NCBI GenBank assembly: GCA_026967815.1
Contig: JAPUUO010000001.1
Span: 4,034-68,033 of the forward strand
Length of the DNA: 64,000 nt
Direction: 5' to 3'
Source of the DNA: Candidatus Bathyarchaeota archaeon
Lineage (GTDB): Archaea; Thermoproteota; Bathyarchaeia; Bathyarchaeales; Bathyarchaeaceae
Shown: piece after piece, positions 25,441-37,000 of the stretch
Position numbering within the stretch: the first letter of the stretch is position 1
Layout of the letters: each line of letters opens with the position of its first letter
Notes under the pieces: model-generated
The model's input: only the letters and a program-made list of their open reading frames with translations
What the model was told of the DNA's origin: nothing
Database searches by the model: none
Position numbers and translations under genes: made by a program

Positions 25441-27207
25441 ATGGCGTTCAGATTACTCGACAAATCAATAGCGTTTCCGGCACTCTATCCAAGGGTAGAG
25501 CGCAAACTTGCTACGGTCAAAAGCAAGAGTAAAACGGTTGTGGGAGGATTTGAACTGCGCCATAAGATAGACTACATTCCGCAAGTTGGGCTTCAGGAGA
25601 ATGTATGCGCCTCGGAGTGCAATCTTGTGTTTATGTGCGGACAAGGCACATCGGGTAAGACATTTTCGATGTACCTTAAAGCTCTTTCGGGCGTAGATAA
25701 GCAGGATTTCAAGGCACGTCTTATCTCAGTCCGTGCATTGGACTCCAAAAAAGGCTCGTCGATTTTCACGGACGGCGTTAAGGTATGCGGAGGCTTTGCC
25801 GGATGTCAGGCAAGTTCATCTGATATTCCCTCGTTTGTATGGCCGCAATGGAACTCAAATCTCCAGCTCATACACTCGAACTTCAACTATGCCAACCCCG
25901 ACGAAAAGAAACTGTTTGAGGACTATGCCAAGAAAAATCAGGCTTCGCTCATAATGATTGACGAGGCAACCGAAATGAATCACTTCGGTATGTTCTCGTT
26001 CTGGTTCATGCGTAACCGCGATGATTCGGGCATGATTCCGCAGATGATACTCTCGTTCAACCCTCTGCATGAGCATTGGACTACGGAAATGTTGCGCGAC
26101 GCTGGCTATCTCGGAGCGGACTGGTATCTGCGCAGGGATATGATCGGAAAGATACGCTATTTCTATGTCAAGGGCGACACTCCGGCTGAAATCATTTGGG
26201 GCGACACACGCGAGGAAGTAGTGGAGAAAGCAAGTCCCCGAATATCGCAAGAGGACAGAGAGGCGGGACTGACCGAAGCTGATATGGTAAAATCGTTTAC
26301 CGTGTTCACGGGTACTGCCGCAGACAACCGCGAGCTTGTGAACGCCACGGGCGGTCAGTCAGTCGCAAACCTCCACGCTGTCGGTGGCACACAACGCGCC
26401 ATTGTCGGAGAGGCTTATTTCGGGCCGGTGGAGAACGAGGAAATTAACGTAAGCCGCTCTATGATTCATTCGTTGTGGGAAAATCCGATTGACAATAAGG
26501 ATGCCAACGTATATGCAACTATGGATATTTCCAAAGGCGGGGTAGATTCAGACGGCTGTCCCTGCATCATTTGGAAAGGCTTGCAGATTGTAGCCATTGA
26601 GTTTTTCTGTAAAAACTCCGATTCCGAGGAAACGCATCAGCTGGAGAATTTCATAAACGGCATACTCTTTCGCTACAACATACCGATTGCAAACTTCGCA
26701 TACGATGCAAACGGCATAGGTGGTCTGATTGAGGACTTCCTGAAAAAAGGCGCAAGAGGCATTAGCGGTCAGGGGAGAGTAGAGCAGGAATATGACGAAA
26801 ACGGTAATCAGGTAACGGTCGCCCGATACTTCAACCTCCGCTCACAGCTTCTCGGCAAGACCGAGATAATGCTGAAAAAGGGAGAAATATCAGTTGGCGT
26901 AAGCAAGGATCTTGTAATCCCTTACGGCAAGAAAGGACAACGACGCCGATTCATCGACGTGCTTTTCGATGAAATCAACGTCTTCATCACCACCGACCGC
27001 AACGGCAAAATCTACTACCGCAAGAAAGAGGAATACAAGGACAAATTCAAGTCCTCGCCTGACCTTATGGACGCTATTTCCTACCGGGCAATCTTTGAAC
27101 TCGACACCCGCGAGCGCAAGCAGCCCGCAAAAAGAGTACCCGACAACGCTTATTACAACTTGGTAAACCGTCCGCGCATAGTCAATCCGTGGCGAGGATT
27201 CCGATAA
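25441..27207 (+). CDS. terL: Terminase large subunit
   Basis: 588 aa. Walker A is MCGQGTSGKTF and Walker B is SLIMIDEATE. Followed by the portal gene. Confidence 0.85.
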   Translation: MAFRLLDKSIAFPALYPRVERKLATVKSKSKTVVGGFELRHKIDYIPQVGLQENVCASECNLVFMCGQGTSGKTFSMYLKALSGVDKQDFKARLISVRALDSKKGSSIFTDGVKVCGGFAGCQASSSDIPSFVWPQWNSNLQLIHSNFNYANPDEKKLFEDYAKKNQASLIMIDEATEMNHFGMFSFWFMRNRDDSGMIPQMILSFNPLHEHWTTEMLRDAGYLGADWYLRRDMIGKIRYFYVKGDTPAEIIWGDTREEVVEKASPRISQEDREAGLTEADMVKSFTVFTGTAADNRELVNATGGQSVANLHAVGGTQRAIVGEAYFGPVENEEINVSRSMIHSLWENPIDNKDANVYATMDISKGGVDSDGCPCIIWKGLQIVAIEFFCKNSDSEETHQLENFINGILFRYNIPIANFAYDANGIGGLIEDFLKKGARGISGQGRVEQEYDENGNQVTVARYFNLRSQLLGKTEIMLKKGEISVGVSKDLVIPYGKKGQRRRFIDVLFDEINVFITTDRNGKIYYRKKEEYKDKFKSSPDLMDAISYRAIFELDTRERKQPAKRVPDNAYYNLVNRPRIVNPWRGFR

Positions 27208-27222
27208 CAACAGATACGAGAT

Positions 27223-28896
27223 ATGAGAATTTCAGAGAGATTACAAAAACAGTTTTGGCGACGCAGGATAAATCCCGATGCCGTCGATAAGCATACGCCC
27301 GTTGGTGCGCAGTATTATCGAGAACCCGCCATGTCGTATGACGATGGCTGTTATATGCTGCTTACGCAAGAGGATTTCTGCCGCGAAAATGACCCATTGG
27401 CGCACGACATAAATAGCCGGTATATGAGTATGCGCCCTATTTATGAGGTGCGCAAAAAGCTGGATGCGGAGGGCAATGCCGTTCTTGACGAGGAGGGAAA
27501 GCCGATAAACGAATGGCATATTGTCGATTTTGAACCCGTGGAAACGGTGCGCTTCGGCTTGCAGAAGCGCATCAATACCTCAAAAGCGGCGTTTATGGCA
27601 GGTAACGGCTTTTGGGTGTGCCATGAGGACAAAGACCACGACCTCGGCGAAAAACTCAACTCATGGAAAGACAGCGCGGGGCTTGATACGGCTTGGCAGG
27701 AGTTGGTGAAGTCCTGCTACCTTACGGGCGATGGCGCGATTTATCAGTACGTCCATAACGGACAGTTACAATATGAGGTTTTCAGCTATCTCAAAGGAGA
27801 CATTCTGTTTCCAGACTATGACGAGAACCGCAACCCCGTACTTGCCCGTCTTTACACATTGCGCGGCAGACGCGCCGTGGATATTTTCACCACGGAACGT
27901 GTACAGACATGGATTGAGGGCGATAAGGTAAGCGAAAAGGATGCGTCGTGGTTCATGCGCTTTTCGGGGTGGTTTGCAAAAGGTCTTAAATGGGATTCAG
28001 CAAAAACGAGCGAAGACGGCTGGCGTTGTCTCTCCGACAACCCCACACAAACACCCGTAGGTATCAATCCATGTACCTATTTCAAAGTGCCGGACATTCC
28101 CTCAGGCATAGCCAATCAGGAAATCGGCACTCTTGAAAAAGCGTGTTCGTTTGTAGCAGACGGAGTACGTGCCAACTCACAGGCTCCGCTATTTGTCAAG
28201 GCAACCGACATCGACAATCTGCCGCGCACCGATTCGACGGGTAAGATTATCGGTGTGAAAGGCGCGGTAGAAGAGCTTAAAGCCGCAGATGCAAAGTTCT
28301 TGACACCTCCAAACCTCTCTGACATCGCAACCATAGACATAGCCAACAAACAGAGGTCTATCCGCGAGTCCACGATGAGCGTAGATATTACACCCGAAAT
28401 ATTCCGTGCGGCAGACCCTTCAAGCGCGGCAATCAAGTTATTGTTCACCGATACAATTATTTGGTGCAAGAACGAGTTTGTGCATCTTTATCCCTCGCTC
28501 GTCAGCCTCATAGATGTATTTAAGGCTCTTGTGGCAAAGATTGAGGGTAACGGTAAGATTGCGACCATGCGGACTTCGTGCGGTTGTGATTTTTGGATTC
28601 CGCAGAACGATAGCGAGGTGTTGAAGCGCGAACTTGACATGGTGGCATATCGTATCAAGTCGCGCAAATCCGCAATGTCTGACGCAGGGAACAGCCATGT
28701 AGAGGACTACGAGCAGATTATAAAAGAATGGAAAGAGGAACTTGACATCAAGGCCCGAATCCCGGCTGTCGCGAAAGCGGAGGTGCAAGAGAAATACGGC
28801 GAACCGCAGGAAACAATCGAAGTCGAAGAGGAAGATAATGACAACAAACCCAAAATTGACAACTCCGCAAAGGGCAAGTCAATAACGGAAGGCTAA
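27223..28896 (+). CDS. Portal protein
   Basis: 557 aa, immediately after terL. The acidic C-terminus is typical of portals. Confidence 0.7.
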   Translation: MRISERLQKQFWRRRINPDAVDKHTPVGAQYYREPAMSYDDGCYMLLTQEDFCRENDPLAHDINSRYMSMRPIYEVRKKLDAEGNAVLDEEGKPINEWHIVDFEPVETVRFGLQKRINTSKAAFMAGNGFWVCHEDKDHDLGEKLNSWKDSAGLDTAWQELVKSCYLTGDGAIYQYVHNGQLQYEVFSYLKGDILFPDYDENRNPVLARLYTLRGRRAVDIFTTERVQTWIEGDKVSEKDASWFMRFSGWFAKGLKWDSAKTSEDGWRCLSDNPTQTPVGINPCTYFKVPDIPSGIANQEIGTLEKACSFVADGVRANSQAPLFVKATDIDNLPRTDSTGKIIGVKGAVEELKAADAKFLTPPNLSDIATIDIANKQRSIRESTMSVDITPEIFRAADPSSAAIKLLFTDTIIWCKNEFVHLYPSLVSLIDVFKALVAKIEGNGKIATMRTSCGCDFWIPQNDSEVLKRELDMVAYRIKSRKSAMSDAGNSHVEDYEQIIKEWKEELDIKARIPAVAKAEVQEKYGEPQETIEVEEEDNDNKPKIDNSAKGKSITEG

Positions 28897-29684
28897 TCGG
28901 TTATCTCAACTTTATATCTTTGTAAGGCAAGATACACCTCTTTGGTTATCTTGCCTTGCTTGTAGTAGCCTTCGGCAATTTCTTTTAGGTACGCCTCCTT
29001 GGCGGCTTTATATACAGCAAAGGCTTTTTCGGGAGTGTTAAAATAGCCTAAGTGAACTTTATGAGTGGGTGTGTTGATTTGCGCAATATAAGAATTTTCG
29101 ACCCTTGAAACTCCTATTGGATAGTTGCCTCTACTTCTTTTGCGTAGCAATATTAGGGTATTAAGTCTATTGGGCACGAAACAACATGTTTTGGGCGAAT
29201 AAATCTTATTTCCCTTTACGAGTATGTCTTTGTCTAACTGATACCCCTCTTGATAACCGTTTTCGGGATTGTCAAACCACTTTTTGAAGTTTGAAAATGT
29301 GTGCCATTCCTCGCACACCGAACATTCTTTATAGGTAGGGTATTTATCTTGGTATTTCTTTTCGTAGCATCGTCTTAACATTGTAAACCAATATCGGTAT
29401 GCGGTGGTTTGTCTGACATTAGGCATGTCATTTATCCCTACTCCGAGTACCAACTTGGATTTGCGCAAAGAACGCATCCTTTCTCTTCCACACATCGGGC
29501 ATCCTCTTTTGTGCCCAATGTGGTCTGTAGGGCGCATGGAAAATTCGCCATGAGAAGGGCATATTATTGCTACATGCGTGAGTTTGTCTGTATAATTTAC
29601 TTTGGAATAATCATAACGGCATCCGTGTATCTTTTGCGCCCGTAGTATAAATTCTGATGTGGTAAGATTGTTTCCGTTTGGCAT
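28893..29684 (-). CDS. Homing-endonuclease-like protein with AP2-type DNA-binding domain
   Basis: The N-terminus FILRAQKIHGCRYDYSKVNY..CPSHGEFSMRPTDHIGHKRGCPMCG is a phage endonuclease-associated Zn motif. The C-terminus IGVSRVENSYIAQINTPTHKVHLGYFNTPEKAFAVYKAAKEAY is AP2-like. Opposite strand and AT-rich. Confidence 0.6.
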   Translation of the reverse strand: MPNGNNLTTSEFILRAQKIHGCRYDYSKVNYTDKLTHVAIICPSHGEFSMRPTDHIGHKRGCPMCGRERMRSLRKSKLVLGVGINDMPNVRQTTAYRYWFTMLRRCYEKKYQDKYPTYKECSVCEEWHTFSNFKKWFDNPENGYQEGYQLDKDILVKGNKIYSPKTCCFVPNRLNTLILLRKRSRGNYPIGVSRVENSYIAQINTPTHKVHLGYFNTPEKAFAVYKAAKEAYLKEIAEGYYKQGKITKEVYLALQRYKVEITD

Positions 29685-29797
29685 ATACTAAATTTGAGTT
29701 TATAACGCTCGGCGGAATGGTTTACCATTATCTTATCAGCACTACAAGATTACTAAAATTTCGCGAGATAGCCAAAGATTATTTCGGATATTTTTGT

Positions 29798-29860
29798 TAA
29801 ATTTGCAATCATAAAAGAGCCATGAGCCTGCAACGCCCAAAGCGTTGTGGGCTTTATTGT
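29798..29860 (+). promoter_or_regulatory. -7 box + imperfect AGAGCC doublet + hairpin/U-run (copy 5)
   Basis: TAAATTTG 29798-29805; AGAGCC 29816-29821, AT, GAGCC 29824-29828; stem CAACGC 29831-29836 / GCGTTG 29842-29847, then TGGGCTTTATTGTT. Confidence 0.45.
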
Positions 29861-29993
29861 TATAACTCAGAACAAAGAACTTATATGGAAGAACATAAGG
29901 ACAACCCCGACAAAGCCGAGAAGTCTCCAAAAATAGACAACAACGCCGACCGGAAGGACATAGCAGACAACGACAACAAATAACGCATCAAAC

Positions 29994-30560
29994 ATGGTAT
30001 CCAACTGGAATAAGACAAAAGTGATGGAGATGGCCGAATCCAGGATAATCACCTATTCGGGCCGGTCTCTATGCGACAACTACCGTAATCCGCTCCAAAG
30101 GTGCGATACGGCGGCGCAAGCGATACGCCTCTACAAAAACTGCATCAGCTGGGCGTTGCAGGAGCGTTACCCGACCAAGGATGACCTTCTCGCTTTCGCG
30201 CCCAAAGAGACGCTTGCCGAAAACGGTGTCTTCATTGATACTGTGTTTGACGGCGAGCGCATCGACTCTCATATCTGCTGCGTGTTCCTCAATTGCTGTG
30301 GATGGATAAACACCGGCCTTAACCTTGACAAGGCGATTATCCCTATGCTGTATCTGAGCGAAGGGAGCGAACTGGAAGTCAAGGTTGACGAGGGCCTTTT
30401 AAACCACGTGCCCGTAGAACTGTATTATAGCAGCAAGGTCGGCGGCAATGTGAAAGCCATGTCTGTAAAGGACCGCAATCACCTCACAGCAAAGGATAAT
30501 GTCGGTTTTACCGACGAGCAACTGAGTGTTGACCCCGATTTAGATAATGCCGACCTATGA
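29994..30560 (+). CDS. Hypothetical structural-module protein
   Basis: 188-aa ORF upstream of the fibre genes. Confidence 0.45.
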   Translation: MVSNWNKTKVMEMAESRIITYSGRSLCDNYRNPLQRCDTAAQAIRLYKNCISWALQERYPTKDDLLAFAPKETLAENGVFIDTVFDGERIDSHICCVFLNCCGWINTGLNLDKAIIPMLYLSEGSELEVKVDEGLLNHVPVELYYSSKVGGNVKAMSVKDRNHLTAKDNVGFTDEQLSVDPDLDNADL

Positions 30561-31033
30561 TAAGTGTAAGGATAAAGATAGGTGACGGAGCGGTGGAGGA
30601 CACCTTCGCGGCGCACAAGCTGATTTACCTTTCGGCTGACAACCGCACGGAGGCTCCGATAAAGAAGCGCGACGCCTCGAGCTACGCCGAGCAAGCCGGA
30701 GACAATGTCGACCGCCGCACGGTGCAGGACTCCTTTGACTATAAGGTGACGTTCATCATCGACGGGCAGAACACCGACCTCGACAACGTGAACGCAATCA
30801 TAGCTGCGTTTAACCGCAAGCTCTACACGCAGCCGGCTGACAGCGATATACGCACCTACAAGGAGGTGGCTTTCTTCAATGACTTCAAGCGCGTCAAGAT
30901 TGTCGGCATACCCGAGCCGATTGCCGAGCCTAAAGAGATGAAGCGGAGCCGCAATGGATTTGACTTCGCCGAGGTGGAGTTTGTAATCCACGCGAACGAC
31001 CCCACTAAGTGTGATTTCAATTTGAGTATGTAA
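30557..31033 (+). CDS. Putative tail-tip/baseplate component (Dit-like by position)
   Basis: 158 aa. ATGA overlap with the upstream gene. Directly precedes the Tal-like giant fibre. Confidence 0.3.
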   Translation: MISVRIKIGDGAVEDTFAAHKLIYLSADNRTEAPIKKRDASSYAEQAGDNVDRRTVQDSFDYKVTFIIDGQNTDLDNVNAIIAAFNRKLYTQPADSDIRTYKEVAFFNDFKRVKIVGIPEPIAEPKEMKRSRNGFDFAEVEFVIHANDPTKCDFNLSM

Positions 31034-31069
31034 CCTTTTGAGCCGAGAGCCTACGCCTTATGATACGAT

Positions 31070-34000
31070 TTGATTCCTGACATAATCAAAGTCGGATTCC
31101 CCGACTATGCTACTTTGACCCATGCCACGGTCAGCCTCGCCGATATGGGCGAGAAGTCCATAGCTACCCAAATCAAGATTGATGCCGCTGTCGCGCCCGA
31201 CTTTTCACACGACTGGGAGTTGCGCTTCCAGGGCGAACGTTACATCATGCCGTTGCGCAAACCCCAGGGGTCAAAGGATAATACTACCCTTAATGCGACA
31301 ATAGACCTGACGTTTCAGCATTGGGCCATATATCAGCTTAAACGTTGGATGTTCTTCTCGCTGCCCGATGTGGAGACGGGTTCGCCATCGCCCGACAAGT
31401 GGGTAGTGCCTTTGCAGCTCAATCTCCGCGACTTCTGCGCTGTGTTTGCCCGTGTACTGGAGTATTGGTATGGCGATACTATAACTTTGGATCTTAACCC
31501 TGCGTGGAAGTTCAAGGCGGAGCCGTCTACAGTCGACATCAGCTATTCATTCATATGGGATGTGCTGATTAAGCTCTATGAAATCTATGCCGTCCGTTGG
31601 TTTATCGAGCCTACAGGTGACGCGGACCACTACGTAATCCGCATCGGCTATCCGGCTGTAGAAGTGGAGCATATCTTTGAATACGGTTTTGAGGGCGGTC
31701 TGCTTAAGGTGGAGCGGCAGGTGCAGAGCGAGGAAATTCGCAACATGCTTCTTGGCCGCGGTGGTGACAAAAACCTCCCTTTGCGATATTTTAAGGACAA
31801 GGACCCCGGCAACCCAAAATTCAGTCCCGACCCTGACTGGGTGCAGGAACTCGCCAATATCTATTTTGACCGCCTCCGCGGAGCTACTTTCCGCTCCTAC
31901 GTGCAGGGGTGGAAGGCAGCGCATATATCGGAATATCCGGGCTACACGGCAGTAGGGGAGGACAATGCCTATGCGCCGTGGGCTTACCGCAAAGGCTACA
32001 CGGACGCGAAGTTTGACCCTGTGGAATATGTCAAGGACGATGAGAGCATACTCCTATATGGTCCCCTTCTCGGTGCCCTTGACGATAACGACGATTTTTA
32101 CCCTACGATACAGGGTACTGGCCTTGACATCGCGGTTGATGTGGAGCAGATTCTCAGCGACGATGTGCAGCAGTCGTCTGATGCCACTTCTGTAATATCC
32201 GATGTCAAGGGCGGCTCGCTGACACAGGTAATCTGGCATGGTACCACTGCCTCTTTCGTAATCCCCTGCGGCGACTTCATTGTACCCCCGGATTCGGTGG
32301 GCGTTCTTGTCACTGCGTCTACGGGCGCGTCGGCCTATTGGTGGGACTGGGTCAAACATGATAAAAAGGTGTTCCGTGAGCAGTTTGCCCCCAATGATTT
32401 TGAAATCCTGTCTACCGACATTGATGTCTTTGACTCTGCCGGCAATAAGCTCTCATCTTCTGTCGGGATTCCTCCGGGGGCATATACGTGCCGGGTGCGT
32501 TATGAGGTGATTAACAAGATGGGGCAGCACGTGGACCTCGTGACTACAATCTCATGTAACGGACTCAAACTGACTACTTCGGCTTCGTCCAAACAGTGGT
32601 CCAATACTTTCGACATCTGGGTAAAGAATATCTGGGATTCGGCTCCGTTGCCCTCGGAATCGGATGCGGCTTATGCCAGGCGCGTGTGGGAGCCTGTGCT
32701 CGGTGACAGAGAGGGCAGCGAGGCCAAGGTGCTGTTTACCACAGGCAATCTGGCTGTCAGCGATGACTACGAATTTACCATTGTGGAATATCCCGTTCCT
32801 GACAGTTCTAAATCATATACTTCACCTGATGGCGTGACCCATCAATCCCATTGGCGCATTCGCCTCGCGAAATCCGATGCCGACCTTGAATCTACAGGCG
32901 TGTATGTTCCCTCTACCAAAAGACAGGGTGCCCCGGGTGACCGTTTTGTGTTTATCGGCACGGAGATGACCCACATTCCTTATGTGGTAGATGCAGAGAG
33001 GAGGCTTGACGATTGGAAAACTGACAATCTCGCGGATTTTAAGGACATCCGTCCTACTTGGGTCGTGACGACTGACCGTGTGCGGCTTAACAACGAGGGG
33101 CGGCCTGACGCGCTTATCGGACAGCTTCGTATCGGTAATTCCATCCGTCTTGCCGACAGCCGTTTCATCCAGCCTGTAGGTGATAAGGCTTATGAGACTC
33201 TATATCTCCAGTCGTTGACTATAACTTACCGCGAGCCGAGCAGCGATGATGCGGCTCTCAACCCCGATGTAGAGATAGTTCTCGGCAACGATTATGCGGT
33301 CTCGGCCAATCCTGTATCTACCATGCAGGGCGATATTTCCGCGATACAGCAGCAGCTCGGCTCCATAAGTAATGTGGAGCAGATAGTCCGCGCCGTGGGC
33401 GATAGCCTGTATCTGCGCAAGGATGGCATATCCGACCGTTCGCTCTCGCCCACTCAATTCTTCTCGCTGCTGACTTCGGGCGATTTCCGCAACGGTGTTG
33501 TCGGCGGAGCGGGGTGGGGATTCTTCAAGGACGAGGACGGCAACTGGGTATTGGAGACGGACCGCATAAATGTCCGCAGTGATTTGCAGGTCAATAATCT
33601 TGTCATCAACCAGGTGTCGGCTCGCGGCGGCATGCAGATCGACACGGCGGCTTCGATAACCATTACCAAGGTGATTGAGACGCAGCTTGAATATGTCTGC
33701 TACTTCGACCAGAAAAACGGCTCTGTGGCTAATCTTTTCAAGGTCGGCGATGTGGCCATGTCTATGGTCTATGATGAAAATTGGGACACGGATGCAAACC
33801 TTGTAAAGGCTTACCGCCGCAGGGTGACGGCTGTTGCTCCCGACAGCATCTCTCTGACCAAGGAACGCGATGGAGACCTCCGTCCGTCGTGGTGGATTGA
33901 CAACGGGGTCAACGGCTCGGGAGTGCCATCGGTGGGTGATGTGGTGGTCCACTTCGGCAATTATAACGAGAAGGCTCGTCAGTATGTCAAGGTGCGTGAC

Positions 34001-37000
34001 GTGGTTGGTGGCGGTTATGAACGTTTTATTGACGGCCTTGACTCGGTAAATGCGTCCGGGGTGGAATACTTCTTTGTCGGACGACAGGCTGGTATGTACG
34101 GCGACCGTCCGCGCTGGTTTGTCGGCGATACTAACGGGTACATCGAGTGGGTCAACGGCCATCTTGACATCAAGGGTCGCATCAGCGTACTCTCCACTAT
34201 CGGCGGCAAGCCTGTGGGCGATTATGTCTCGGATGCTGCAAAGGCGGAGGCGGACAAGGCCAAGGCTGAGCTGGAGGCGAGCATCAAGGCTCTACAGGAG
34301 CAGGTTGACGGCGTGATAGAGAGTTTCAGCGGTTTCGGCGCACCCTCGCTGACCAACTTCCCGGCGGTGGAGTGGACCACGGATGCCGAACGCAAGGCTC
34401 ACGACCGCGACATATACACCGACCGCACTCCCTATGTCGATGATGCCACTACGCCTACTTCGGGACACTCCTGGAAGTGGTACTACAACACGCCTACCGA
34501 CTACGGATGGACCAAAATAGCCGATTCGGACGCTGTCAAGGCTTTGCAGATGGCGCAGATGTCTGTCCGCGATTCCGATGTCTACTTTATCTCGCACACT
34601 TCTGCCACATCCGCGCCTCCATTGCCTGTAATAGGTATCAACGGCGAGATTACCGATGCCAAAGGGTGGTCTACGTCGGCTCCTGCATGGCAGCAGGACA
34701 AGTATATCTGGCAGACTACCTACACGGTCAAGGGCGACGGCTCTGTGTCGTTCACCGACCCGACCTGCATATCGGGTCGCAACGGCAAAGGCATTGCGTC
34801 AATCACGGAGCAATACTACCTGTCGACATCGCGCGACAATCCCGTCGGAAGCTCTGTCGGTTGGACCGACCGTGACCACCGCGAGCAGTGGACTGTGGGC
34901 AAATACTGGTGGACGCGCTCGAAGATAACCTACACCGACGGCACGAGCGAATACATCGGGGAGGTCTGCGTCACAGGCGCGGACGGCGTGGACGGCACGT
35001 CCGTGCTGGCAAGGTATTCGTCTGACCTTGCGAACTGGCATCCCACGATGCTCGCCACGGACATATACATGCAGACATCCTCAGACGGAGGCAAAACATG
35101 GTCGCCAGCTGTGAGGATGACAGGTAGCGACTACACCGAAAACCTCATGCTAAAGACGGAGGAGCGCATAGAACTGACATACTCCACCGACGGCGACCAC
35201 TGGAGCGGATGGCCCGACCGAACCATCCACATGGAGCAGGGGCAGACCTACACCATATCGGGGCGCACCAACGCCGAGGCATTCACAAATGTGCATACAG
35301 CCTCCATCGGGCTTTCAAGATGCGTCCTGTGGATATGCTCAAACCCGCAGTCGCCGCAGGGCGAGGTAAACCAGGTTGTGTCGGGTACTGACATGGCAAC
35401 CGACGGCTCCACCGGCCACACGTTCGTATGGACCCGACCCACGGGAGACTACTACCTGCGCACGAACTTCTACTCGGCTGGTACATGGTGGGTTGAAAAG
35501 GTCAAGGTGGAGAAAGGGCGCAACCCCTCGCCCGTGTGGACTCCCAACAGCTCGGAGATGGTGGGCGTGGACGGTCGCTGGCAGAAAATGCAGTGGGCTA
35601 AGAACAACTCGGAGACCGCAGCACCCACAAGCGGATGGCAGGACACGCCTTTGTCCGCCCTCCCCGGCGAATACATATGGACGCGCAGCGGATGGGTCAT
35701 ACCTCCGGCTACGGAGCCGTCATCCTACGGTGACGCGGTGCGCATCACGGGCGATGCAGGAAGCAACGGAAGCGATGTCTACCGCCTTGACCTTGACAAC
35801 GAGATGGCGGCGGTGGCGGTACGCCCCGATGGAGGTCTTGACAGCAATTCCGTGCTCCCTACAGCTAATGCCAGCGTCTATAAGGGAGCGACAAAGCTGA
35901 CAAGCGGCGTTGTTTTCTCCATTCCTCAGTATGACGGTGTCGCAGGGGTTTCAATCTCTCCCGAGGGCAAGGTGCAGGTACTCGGAACTGTCATGTCCAA
36001 TGTGGCAAGGATAACCGTACAGGCCGTTGTTGACGGGCTGACGCTCACAACCATAATGACCGTCTACAAGGTCAAGCCGGGACATGACGGCGCATCTGCC
36101 AAGGTTGTGGTGGTCAATGCCGACTCGCAGGTGTTCTCCTATGCCGACGATTTCTCGGGCAGCCCCTCGCCGTCTGCCATACGCATCACGGCCTCGGTGC
36201 AGGGCATCGCGTCTCCGGCTTACAGCTGGAGCTACAAGTTCCCCGGCGATGCGGATTTCACCGCTTATGGCGCAGAGACAGGCGCGGTGCTCACCCTGTC
36301 GCCCACATGGCAGCAGTGGGGCAACCGCCGCTCTGTGACATGGCGGTGCACTGTCGACGGGGTGCATGACGAGGTGACGGTGGCAAAGGTCAGCAGTGGA
36401 AAGAACGGCACGGACGGCACGGATGCCTACACCGTGCTGCTGACGAACGAATCGCACACTTTCGCAGGCGACGAGTCCGCAGCACTCGCTTCTTCCGCCG
36501 AATGCTCGGTGGTAGCATACAAGGGCGCGGTGCAGACCGCCGTGACAATAGGCACCGTCACGGGCGCACCCCAGGGCATGTCGGTACAGACCGCCAACAA
36601 CGGCACGACCTCCGCCAAAATCACCGTCAGCGTCACGCCGTCGCTCAAACAACGGCAGGGTGTGCTGAAAATCCCCGTGAGCGTTGACGGCAAATCGTTC
36701 ACTAAAGACTTCTCTTGGTCGCTCGCACTCAAAGGCGAGGCTGTCACGGTAGACAAGGGCAAATCGTCCGTCACATATCAGACATCCACCAACTACACCA
36801 CGCCCCCCACAGGCCAATGGCTGACGGCTGTGCCGTCTGTGCCCAACGGACATTATCTGTGGACGCGCACAATCGTTGCATACACCGACGGCAATTCCAC
36901 TACGGCCTACAGTGTGGCACGGCAGGGTGTTAATGGCACAGACGGCACTAATGGCACAAACGGAGACAGCTACACCAACAATATACTCCGCAACACCGAC

